From Alphaproteobacteria bacterium (GTDB lineage: Bacteria > Pseudomonadota > Alphaproteobacteria > JAAXGF01), in assembly GCA_965218865.1 (NCBI GenBank), contig CBDCME010000062.1:91671-155670 (forward strand): DNA of 64,000 bases, given 5' to 3'. Numbering within the stretch: position 1 is the stretch's first letter; each line of letters opens with the position of its first letter. Shown in pieces: positions 9,695-17,969 of this stretch. A program made the position numbers and the translations under genes. The notes beneath the pieces are model-generated. The model saw only the letters and a program-made list of their open reading frames with translations, made no database searches and was not told where the DNA came from.

Positions 9695-10846
9695 ATGAAG
9701 ACGTACCTTGTTTTCAGTATGCTTGCCGGATTTCTCGCCGCCATGCCAGCGCGCGCGGAAAACCCCTTTCCCGATACTCTCGGCGGTCCCGGAACCACCT
9801 ACGGCATGGCGAATGAGTTCAACCAACTGGTCGCTTTGCTCAGCGACGGGGCGCTCAGGGATATCATGTGCCGCCTGTCTGGTGCCCGCTTTACTCCGGG
9901 GAGCCTTAGTTCCGCGCTTGGCATGCCCGAAGGGCAGTTTCTCCGCCGGATCAATACTCTTCGCGGCTGGGGTTTGGTGCGCATGGTGCGGCACGATTCG
10001 GCCACCACCATCGTCGAGCCGATCCCCGGCGACGGCTCCCAAACGCTGCGGCGGTGGGCGAACAGATATTGTTCGCAGGGCGATTCCTGCGGGAAAATTG
10101 TCGCTAACAGCCAAGGAAAACCGGTCGCCAACCGCCAAGGGGATGGGCAAACGGACGTAGCTGTCGGTGGCGGCGGGTTCGCGCCGGCGATAAGCGGAGA
10201 TTCACCTCGGGAAGAAAAGAAAAAGGCTTTTAGAGGAACGGTTATTTGGTTCAGTTTGGACAAGGGTTATGGGTTCATCGAGCCTGAAGATGGCTCGAAA
10301 GATGTGGTCGTGCATCGCGACGACGTCCTACGCTCCGGCCTTACCGATCTCAGGAAAGGCCAGAAGGTCACCTTCGATTTGGTTTCCGACAGGAGTGGAA
10401 AGATGGCGGCGGAGAATTTGGCCATCGCTGACGGTTCAGGAACATCCATGGCCAAGAAAGTCGTCAAGAGCGAGACCGAATGGCGGGCCATGCTTTCGTC
10501 CGAGCAGTTTCGCGTCGCGCGCCTCGGTGACACCGAGGCCGCTTTTTCCGGCGCCTATTGGGACACCAAGGCACCCGGCACCTATGACTGCATTTGTTGC
10601 GGACAACCCCTGTTCGGGTCGGGCGAGAAATTCGATTCAGGCACCGGCTGGCCGAGCTTCTCGACGCCCTTGGACGACAAGCGCTTGAGCCAGGAAACCG
10701 ACACCTCCTACGGCATGGTGCGTACCGAGGTCCGCTGCCGCCGTTGCCAAGCCCACCTCGGTCATGTGTTCCCCGATGGCCCGGCACCGACAGGGCAGCG
10801 CTTTTGCATCAACTCCGCGTCGCTGAGGTTCGAGAAAGACGAGTAG
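9695..10846 (+). CDS. msrB: chimeric ORF: signal peptide + ArsR-like winged HTH + Gly-rich linker + cold-shock domain + MsrB (peptide-methionine (R)-S-oxide reductase)
   Basis: N-terminus MKTYLVFSMLAGFLAAMPARA (signal-peptide-like). ALLSDGALRDIMCRLSGARFTPGSLSSALGMPEGQFLRRINTLRGWGLV is ArsR-like. GTVIWFSLDKGYGFIEPEDGSKD...GKMAAENL is a CSD nearly identical to the stand-alone cspA at 39057-39266. The C-terminus EWRAMLSSEQFRV...CICCGQPLF...GWPSF...RCRRCQAHLGHVF is MsrB with both CxxC pairs. A single ORF with no internal stops. Confidence 0.6.
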   Translation: MKTYLVFSMLAGFLAAMPARAENPFPDTLGGPGTTYGMANEFNQLVALLSDGALRDIMCRLSGARFTPGSLSSALGMPEGQFLRRINTLRGWGLVRMVRHDSATTIVEPIPGDGSQTLRRWANRYCSQGDSCGKIVANSQGKPVANRQGDGQTDVAVGGGGFAPAISGDSPREEKKKAFRGTVIWFSLDKGYGFIEPEDGSKDVVVHRDDVLRSGLTDLRKGQKVTFDLVSDRSGKMAAENLAIADGSGTSMAKKVVKSETEWRAMLSSEQFRVARLGDTEAAFSGAYWDTKAPGTYDCICCGQPLFGSGEKFDSGTGWPSFSTPLDDKRLSQETDTSYGMVRTEVRCRRCQAHLGHVFPDGPAPTGQRFCINSASLRFEKDE

Positions 10847-11049
10847 CGGGCAGGAAAATACCAGTACGGATCGACGACGGGCGGCGAACCGCCGTGATCA
10901 CGCCAATTTCAGTTTTAGGCGAACTTGTTTGCTAGGAATGCCGAGCTTCCGCGAATATCCAGGAGGGGACGTTCGCGATAGGGCGACGCGTAATTTTTTT
11001 TGGGTTGATAGCCATTTCTTTATAGGAATTCTCTTCTGGCAAAAGTTTT

Positions 11050-12069
11050 CCTGATTACGCACTTTGCTCCGCGAGTTTGAGGAGGTTGTAGGGCATGGGC
11101 GGGGTGCGTAGGGCGGCCCAGGCGAGGCGGGGGATCATCTCGTCCAGGCGGTAGCGGCGATTGAAGCGGTATTCGAACTGGGCCAGGTATCGCGGTGCGT
11201 GCTTGGGACGGATGGGGTCCCGCGGAGGCTGTTCTTGACGTTACCGAGGGTCGTATTGACCCATTTGAAGGCGGCCCATTTGGCGGCCTGGGGTCCGCTG
11301 CCGGTAACGGCGGGATAATGGCTGCAGCCAGCCGCGGTGACGGCGGTGAAGCAGCTCAGGCCGTCGCTGACGACGGTGCTTCCCGGGGTCAAGACGCGGC
11401 GCGACATTTTCTCGATCTCTGCCTTGCGGAAGCCCTTCACCCGGGTGAGCTTGAGCCGGTGCGGCCGACCCTCGGCGGTGGTTTCCACGGCGGCCACGAA
11501 AGGCGTTTTGCCGGGTGCGCCACGGCCCCGCTTACCGCCGCGCCGGGCGCCCCCCAGATAGGCGTCGTCGATCTAGATCCGCTTGCCCTCGCCGCCCAGC
11601 GGCTTGTTTTCCTCGCGTTCAAGCATCACCTGCATCAGTTTGTGATGCATCTTCCACGCCGTATTGTAGCTGACCCCGAGCCGGCGCCCCAATTCGAGGC
11701 TGGAAATCCCTTTCTTCGACTGGCTGATCAGGTAGAGGGCCTCGAACCATACGATCAGCGCCAGGTGGGTCGCATGAAAGATCGTCCCCGCCGTCAACGA
11801 CACCTGGTAATGGCAGCCGCTGCACTGATACAGCCGCCGACTCTTGTGCTCGCTGTAGCGATCACCGGCACAGCGGGGACAAACAAAACCCTTCGGCCAG
11901 CGCCAGCCGAATACCACCGCCCGACATTTCTCCTCGCTAAGTTCACGAAACCGCCCCAAACTCAACCCCAACTGAACCGCATTCCTCGACATCGCAAACC
12001 TCCTGAAAAACCACCGAATGTTCACTTTTTGTACCATACCAAATCCGCGGAGGAAAATGCGTAATCAGG
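11050..12069 (-). mobile_element. IS1595-family (ISXO2-like) insertion sequence, copy A (~1020 bp)
   Basis: Inverted terminal repeats CCTGATTACGCA at 11050-11061 and reverse-complemented at 12058-12069. Same sequence as copy B (63194 to window end) with a few SNPs. Confidence 0.8.
11135..12037 (-). pseudogene. IS1595/ISXO2-like transposase with in-frame amber stop (TAG at 11573-11575)
   Basis: N-terminal Zn-ribbon (CPRCAGDRY...CSGCHYQ) and ISXO2-like core. GGEGKRI-TAG-IDDAYLGGARRGGKRGRGAPGKTPFVAAVE shows TAG in place of the conserved Glu of the (E)IDETYIGG motif. The stop is identical in copy B. Confidence 0.8.
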
Positions 12070-12093
12070 AAATTTTTTTGCCCCAAGCAAATA

Positions 12094-12125
12094 GGCCGTG
12101 AGTTCGAATCTCACAGCGGTTACCA
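12094..12125 (+). other. orphan tRNA 3'-end fragment (T-arm + acceptor 3' strand + CCA)
   Basis: GGCCGTGAGTTCGAATCTCACAGCGGTTACCA reads as T-stem GTGAG, T-loop TTCGAAT, stem CTCAC, acceptor AGCGGTT, discriminator A and CCA. No matching 5' half lies upstream. AT-rich low-GC DNA follows immediately. Confidence 0.45.
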
Positions 12126-12231
12126 TTTCCACGACTTGCTTATGGTTGTAATGTGCTATTCAATATTGCTTTTGCGATCAAACATGAAAATATTGTTTTG
12201 TTAATCCTGAGGGCGACTTTGAGAATAATAA

Positions 12232-12516
12232 ATGAGCCACACACCAGTTGAAGCCATGCTGCAAACCTTAAAGTTACTTTTACCAGCACTGATCCCTTCG
12301 TGGCGTTTCTTTGATACAATTGTTCCGTCACCCCGCATTGAATTTACCTTGCTTAAAACCGCGCAGGATGCATCCGGTAGTTGGCAAGAATTTCGTCCCA
12401 GACCGGCACGGCTACCAATGAGCAGCATGCTGAAACGCATGTTCTGGAACCCGCGTTGGAATGAATCACTCTTTCTTATGAGCTGTGCTGAACGGCTCAT
12501 GGAAAACCCTACATAG
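12232..12516 (+). pseudogene. low-GC gene fragment of unknown function, truncated by IS5 copy 1
   Basis: 94-aa ORF (MSHTPVEAMLQTLKLLLPALIPSWRFFDTIVPSPRIEF...) in a ~45% GC stretch preceded by an AT-rich promoter-like region. Its 3' end runs into the IS5 terminal repeat at 12515. Confidence 0.3.
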
Positions 12517-14083
12517 TCGTCCGTGAAGAACCCTGATTTCAAGCTGAAGCGGCGATTGGGTTTGCGGTGGGGTGCGAGATGTCGCTGAGGAGCGCGGCCA
12601 GGATTTGGACAAACAAACGCCTCAGCCATTTGAGGACAAGGCGGTAGTTGTAGCCGGCGCCGGCGAGGATGGCGTTGATCTTGTCGCCGTCGCGGCCTTT
12701 GAGGAAGTTGCGCCCCAGCCTGCCATCGCTCTTGAGATGTCCGATCACGGCCTCGACGGCGGAGCGCCGCCTGAGCTCCTTCTTGATCGTCGGCGTGATG
12801 CCGCGTTTCTGGCCTGATCTAAAGACGCGGTGTTTGTTGGGGTAATCGTGGCCCTGGTATCCCTTGTCGACATAGATGCGCTCGGCCGATATCCCCGTCC
12901 AGCGTTCCATCTCTTCGATCACCTGCCTCAAGGTGTGGCCATCATAGGGATTGCCGTGGAAGGCCTTGACGTGGGCGACGAACTGGCCGCCGGGGGGGCG
13001 GGAATTGGTCGCCGCCACGGAGACCTTGCAGCCGAACTCGTACGGCTTGTGCGCCTTCCCTTTGCCGATGCATTCGACCTCGGGCGCGTGGAGCGAATAG
13101 ACCTTGGGCAAGGGGTCGCGCCGCTTCTGGGTCGACACCCGCTCGGCCAGCCACAAGGGGCGGCGGAAGGTATCCCGTAGGCTCTCCTCCTGGGCCGTCT
13201 TGCGGCGGATGTCGCGGACGGTGCGCCCGAGATAGGTCTTGAGCTTGCGCAGGGCCTTGTTGGCCCGCTTGTGCTGTTTGGCATGGCGGTAGCGGCCTTG
13301 CATGATCAACGCCCTCTTGCCCAGGCGGGTATAGGACTGACGCAGGGCAATGCCGTGCTCCCGTGCCAGTCGCACCAGCCGCTCGCGGGCTCGTTGCATC
13401 AGTTTGGCGGCGGTCGGAAAGGCAATCGCCTTCTCTTGTACGGTGGTGTCCACCGTCACCCGCTCGAGGTCCTTCTCCCGCAGCGCCCCCACCCGGTGGG
13501 CCACGGCCAGGCTCTCCTGGAATACCTTCTCCAAACCTTCCGGCCCGATCCGGTCCCGCCACCGGGTCATCGACGAGCGCTCCATGGGCAGCTCATGCTG
13601 AAAGTACTCTTCGCCGCAGAAGCACTGGAAGTATGGGTCGTAGACCCAGCGCTCGCAGACCTCCTCATCCGAGAGATCGAACATATGCTTGAGGATGTGC
13701 AGCCCAACCATCAACCGCGTCGGGACCCCCGGCCGACCCTCCTCCGAATACAAGGCTTCATAGGTCTCGTCGAAGAAAGTCCACGCGATCCGGCCCCCCA
13801 ACACCACCAACTCGTGGCGCAGGTTGATGATGTTTTCGAACCGCGAGCGGAACAGGTCCTCTATTCCCGATGACACCTTGCGCGATGGCTTCATCACAGT
13901 TCTCCAATCCCAATCGACGGGAGCAGAGAATCACGTTCCGCAACGGAAGGGAATCCCCAAAATCAATTATTTCAAATCACAAGCTTTTCAGGCCCAAAAC
14001 CCGTTTTCTTGCAAATCCGATTACTTCGCCAAACCGAAAGAGCTACCAACATCAGCCGCTTACGCGTTCTTCACGGGCGACTA
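12515..14083 (-). mobile_element. IS5-family insertion sequence, copy 1 (~1569 bp)
   Basis: Ends AGTCGTCCGTGAAGAAC (12515-) and GTTCTTCACGGGCGACT (-14083). Internal sequence is identical to copy 3 (42331-43898). Confidence 0.85.
12539..13897 (-). CDS. IS5-family DDE transposase (452 aa)
   Basis: DDE_Tnp_1-type protein; N-terminus ...RLMVGLHILKHMFDLSDEEVCERWVYDPYFQCFCGEEYF is typical of the IS5 family. Identical to the ORF at 42516-43874. Confidence 0.9.
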   Translation of the reverse strand: MMKPSRKVSSGIEDLFRSRFENIINLRHELVVLGGRIAWTFFDETYEALYSEEGRPGVPTRLMVGLHILKHMFDLSDEEVCERWVYDPYFQCFCGEEYFQHELPMERSSMTRWRDRIGPEGLEKVFQESLAVAHRVGALREKDLERVTVDTTVQEKAIAFPTAAKLMQRARERLVRLAREHGIALRQSYTRLGKRALIMQGRYRHAKQHKRANKALRKLKTYLGRTVRDIRRKTAQEESLRDTFRRPLWLAERVSTQKRRDPLPKVYSLHAPEVECIGKGKAHKPYEFGCKVSVAATNSRPPGGQFVAHVKAFHGNPYDGHTLRQVIEEMERWTGISAERIYVDKGYQGHDYPNKHRVFRSGQKRGITPTIKKELRRRSAVEAVIGHLKSDGRLGRNFLKGRDGDKINAILAGAGYNYRLVLKWLRRLFVQILAALLSDISHPTANPIAASA

Positions 14084-14114
14084 TGTATGCCATGCGTAGT
14101 ACGGGGAGGGATGG

Positions 14115-14741
14115 ATGCTATGCGATCGACATTTTTCATACATATGGGTCGTCGTTCTGATCGGTTCCGCGTCACTTTCACTAGCTGACGAGGGACCCTA
14201 CGTCAAGGGACAAGCGGGGGGCGATGCCCTCTCCGATTCGGATCTCGACAGCGGCGACACCGAGGCTGAATTCGCACCCGGCTACAATTTGTCCGGGGCG
14301 CTGGGATATCGTTGGGGCAAGTTCCGCCTCGAGGGTGAACTCGGCTACGTGGAATACGAAATCGACGAGGTCGATTTCGTGGGTCTTTGAGGCGGCGCCG
14401 ACGGCGCCGTCAGTTCGCTGGCCATCATGCTCAACGCCGTCAGGGATTTCTCGCTCGTATCACCTTGGCACTTCCAACTCGGCGGCGGCGTCGGCGGGGC
14501 CTTGATCGCCATCAACGACGCTCAGGTCCTAGGCATCGACGTCGCCGATGACGAGGACGTCGCCTTCGCCTACCAAAACGGCGCCGGCCTCAAATATCGC
14601 CTCTCGGGGTCCGCGTCCCTGTCCCTGGACTACCGCTATTTCGCCGCTCTCGATCCAAGGTTGCGGGACTCCACCGGCACCAACTTCGCCGCCGATTACG
14701 ACCGCCACGATATCCGCCTCGGCGCGAGATTCGAATTCTGA
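14115..14741 (+). pseudogene. outer-membrane beta-barrel protein (OmpW/Opa-like) interrupted by in-frame TGA at 14388-14390
   Basis: Signal peptide, alternating amphipathic beta-strands and a C-terminal aromatic residue (...RLGARFEF). Both halves are in the same frame, separated only by the TGA (...EVDFVGL*GGADGAVSSLAIMLNAV...). Confidence 0.5.
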
Positions 14742-15009
14742 CCACCGCCCGCGAGCCCTCGCATTACCGTGGCGGCGACGTTTTCGAGATCGCCGCCCTA
14801 CCACCAGCCAGGCAAGACCCAAAATCTTTCTGGAAGCGGAGTTTCGGCCACCGAACCTCCAGCGCGCCGAGTTTTGGAAAACTCTTGTTTGACCGAAAAT
14901 CAGTTATCGAAAGCCTTAATGGACGATTCCACCGAATAGCCCGATTTCCCCTCCGACTGGTCGGAAATGCCGACCTGATCTGGCAAGTGCGTCTGGTAAT
15001 AATATTCGA

Positions 15010-15393
15010 TCATCCAAGCTTATCCCGGAAAGCCGTCTCGACTCTGTCGATAAGTCCTTTCATCGCATCTGATCTGATGGTGTCGCCTTTTTTCTCGTAA
15101 TCCGCATAGCGATTGGTCATCGACCTATAGATTCGGTTGACATAATGGGCCGAGTTAGGCTTCGGAACAAAGCTCGCGCCCGCAGCGATACTCACCGCCA
15201 GGAACGTTCCTGCCACAATTCCGAATTCACTCCAACCAAATCCAAAGAGGGCGTAAAGGAAAAGGGCGATAATCGATGCCCAAGTCAGCAAAGTCACATT
15301 TGTGCCTGATGGTGGGGTAATTGCGTCCTGATATCCCGTCTCTGTCGCGCCAGAGCTAATTCTCAGGCCCATAGTCTTGCTTGCGTTCGCCAA
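15010..15393 (-). CDS. hypothetical small membrane protein (2 predicted TM helices)
   Basis: 127-aa ORF in a lower-GC stretch with hydrophobic core LTWASIIALFLYALFGFGWSEFGIVAGTFLAVSIAAGA. No recognisable family. Confidence 0.3.
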   Translation of the reverse strand: MANASKTMGLRISSGATETGYQDAITPPSGTNVTLLTWASIIALFLYALFGFGWSEFGIVAGTFLAVSIAAGASFVPKPNSAHYVNRIYRSMTNRYADYEKKGDTIRSDAMKGLIDRVETAFRDKLG

Positions 15394-15606
15394 TCCGAGT
15401 TGCTACCGAAAAAGAATGCCAAGCACTCCGGCAACGATGTATAAAAGGTATTCTATTATTCCCCTACCAGATTCATCAATATTCTTCGCCCAAGATGCGC
15501 GTAATATGAACGTTTGTTCTGATCATAAAGCGAATCGAGAGTGGTGACAAACAGGTTCTTTAACTTGCCCCCATTTCTGCTCCTCGGATCGGCCACTGCA
15601 CTTATA

Positions 15607-16770
15607 CCAACCGCCCTTAACATTGCCTTGTGCGAGCCCACGCTCTGAGGCCGATGGACATGATCTTCCAAGGTTGGTCGGTCAGGTTGTTCCAGGCTTG
15701 GCAAGAGGCCTCGACGATGGCTTCATAGGAGTCGAAGACACGATTGGAGAGCCAGTTCTGGCGGAGGTATTGCCAGACATTTTCGGCGGGATTGAGCTCC
15801 GGGGACTTGGGTGGCAAAGGCACGAGGGAGATGTTCTCCGGGATGCCGAGTTTGGCAGTGGTGTGCCATGCGGCTTGGTCGAGCAGCACGACGGCATGGG
15901 CGTTTGGGGCAACGGCCCGGCTGATTTCCTCGAGATGCAGGTCCATGGCTTCAGTATTGGCGCGCGGCATGACCAGCGCCGCGCCCTCACCGCGCTCGGG
16001 GCAGATGGCGCCGAAGAGATACGCCGAAGAGGTCCGTAGGTCCTTGACCTGGCGCGGGCGCGATCCCTTTGGGGCCCACTGGCGCACCAGGCTGTTCTTC
16101 TGGCCGACGCGCATTTCATCTTGAAACCAAACCTCGATGGGCGTGTCCGGTGGCTGTGCCGCTACGATTTTCGCCAAGTGTTCGGGAAAACTTTTTTTTA
16201 AATTCCTCCTGTGCCCGCGCATCCTGGCCGACGTGGCGCGGGCGCGCGGAAATATGCGAGAACCCGAGCGCGGCCAGCAGCTTGCCGACGCTCCGCTCGT
16301 GATAGTCCACGCCGAAGCGCGTTCGGATCAGTTGCTTGAGATCGATGCAGCGCCAGCGCACGACCCCATCCCGTTCGGGATCGGGACCGGCCTCGATAGC
16401 CCGCGAAAGCGCCGCCATTTGCGACGGCGTCAACCGACGCAACGCCCCGTTCGGCTTGCGGTCGATCAGACCGGCCGGACCTCCCGCGTTGAACCGGTGA
16501 ACCCAGTCCCGCAACGTCTGCCGATCCATGCCGCCAATACCCGCCGCGCACGCTCGATCCATCCCATCGTAGATGGCCGCCATCGACAAAAGCCGTCGCG
16601 CCTGGTTCCCATCATCGCTCCGTGCCGCAAGAACACGGACTCTTTCAGCATCAAAGTCGTTTCGCAAAGGAATCGTTGGCATTGAACACACTCCCTTGTT
16701 GCCAACAACCTTGAATCACACAAAACCTGGCGTGTAAACCTTTGCGCGAGTCAAACTCGCGGGCGGTTGG
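15607..16770 (-). mobile_element. IS630-family insertion sequence, copy 2
   Basis: Same IR/TA structure as copy 1. It abuts the partial IS5 copy 15 bp downstream. Confidence 0.85.
15617..16691 (-). CDS. IS630-family transposase (two ORFs, A8-tract shift)
   Basis: Identical to copy 1 apart from single-residue substitutions. Confidence 0.8.
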
Positions 16771-16785
16771 TATTAGGTGCGAATT

Positions 16786-17603
16786 AGTCGTCCGTGAAGA
16801 ACCCTGATTTCAAGCTGAAGCGGCGATTGGGTTTGCGGTGGGGTGCGAGATGTCGCTGAGGAGCGCGGCCAGGATTTGGACAAACAAACGCCTCAGCCAT
16901 TTGAGGACAAGGCGGTAGTTGTAGCCGGCGCCGGCGAGGATGGCGTTGATCTTGTCGCCGTCGCGGCCTTTGAGGAAGTTGCGCCCCAGCCTGCCATCGC
17001 TCTTGAGATGTCCGATCACGGCCTCGACGGCGGAGCGCCGCCTGAGCTCCTTCTTGATCGTCGGCGTGATGCCGCGTTTCTGGCCTGATCTAAAGACGCG
17101 GTGTTTGTTGGGGTAATCGTGGCCCTGGTATCCCTTGTCGACATAGATGCGCTCGGCCGATATCCCCGTCCAGCGTTCCATCTCTTCGATCACCTGCCTC
17201 AAGGTGTGGCCATCATAGGGATTGCCGTGGAAGGCCTTGACGTGGGCGACGAACTGGCCGCCGGGGGGGCGGGAATTGGTCGCCGCCACGGAGACCTTGC
17301 AGCCGAACTCGTACGGCTTGTGCGCCTTCCCTTTGCCGATGCATTCGACCTCGGGCGCGTGGAGCGAATAGACCTTGGGCAAGGGGTCGCGCCGCTTCTG
17401 GGTCGACACCCGCTCGGCCAGCCACAAGGGGCGGCGGAAGGTATCCCGTAGGCTCTCCTCCTGGGCCGTCTTGCGGCGGATGTCGCGGACGGTGCGCCCG
17501 AGATAGGTCTTGAGCTTGCGCAGGGCCTTGTTGGCCCGCTTGTGCTGTTTGGCATGGCGGTAGCGGCCTTGCATGATCAACGCCCTCTTGCCCAGGCGGG
17601 TAT
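16786..17603 (-). mobile_element. IS5-family partial copy (3' ~818 bp), 5'-truncated
   Basis: Identical to IS5 copy 1 from the transposase-stop end inward. Identity breaks at ~17603. Confidence 0.75.
16810..17603 (-). pseudogene. IS5 transposase, C-terminal ~265 aa only
   Basis: The ORF 16810-17643 equals the C-terminal part of the 452-aa IS5 transposase. Confidence 0.8.
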
Positions 17604-17633
17604 GCGGTCCGATACGAAGTCTGCGCCGATCCG

Positions 17634-17963
17634 TTGGATTCAAAGATATGTCATTGCGGAGTCTGCCAAAAGCTGCACGGTGCTCCCATGCAGTGGGCAG
17701 CGATATTCCACAAACACGACGTCAGAATCCTGGCAGGGATGAATCACCTCTTTTTCTACAACCGCGAGCTCGATAAGCCTGAGAGAATTCTTCCTTGCAA
17801 GGTGAGTTGTGCCCTGTGCGGCACTCCCATCGCGGATGAAGGACGCCGTATGTGGCTCGCGTTTCCATCGCTCTTCAATTTTGGAATCCCGCCTAAGGTT
17901 CCTGAAACCTTCAAGCCGACCTGTCACATCTTCTATCGCATGCGGAGGCAATGTCCCGGCTGA
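17634..17963 (+). CDS. GFA-family (CENP-V/glutathione-dependent formaldehyde-activating-like) Zn-binding protein
   Basis: 109 aa with CHCGVC...C...CALCGT cysteine pattern typical of the GFA domain. Confidence 0.4.
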   Translation: MDSKICHCGVCQKLHGAPMQWAAIFHKHDVRILAGMNHLFFYNRELDKPERILPCKVSCALCGTPIADEGRRMWLAFPSLFNFGIPPKVPETFKPTCHIFYRMRRQCPG

Positions 17964-17969
17964 TGTTGA

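Noticed and set aside
11573-11575. Genetic-code reassignment of UAG (pyrrolysine or sense codon) explaining the in-frame TAGs
   Set aside because: TAG functions as a genuine terminator for the capD-like (47468-47470) and ung (33460-33462) genes here. Pyl machinery is not expected in alphaproteobacteria.
14388-14390. Selenocysteine (UGA recoding) in the outer-membrane barrel gene
   Set aside because: No SECIS-like structure was evident downstream. An OMP barrel is an implausible selenoprotein. The window has two other plain nonsense lesions, so pseudogenisation is the simpler reading.
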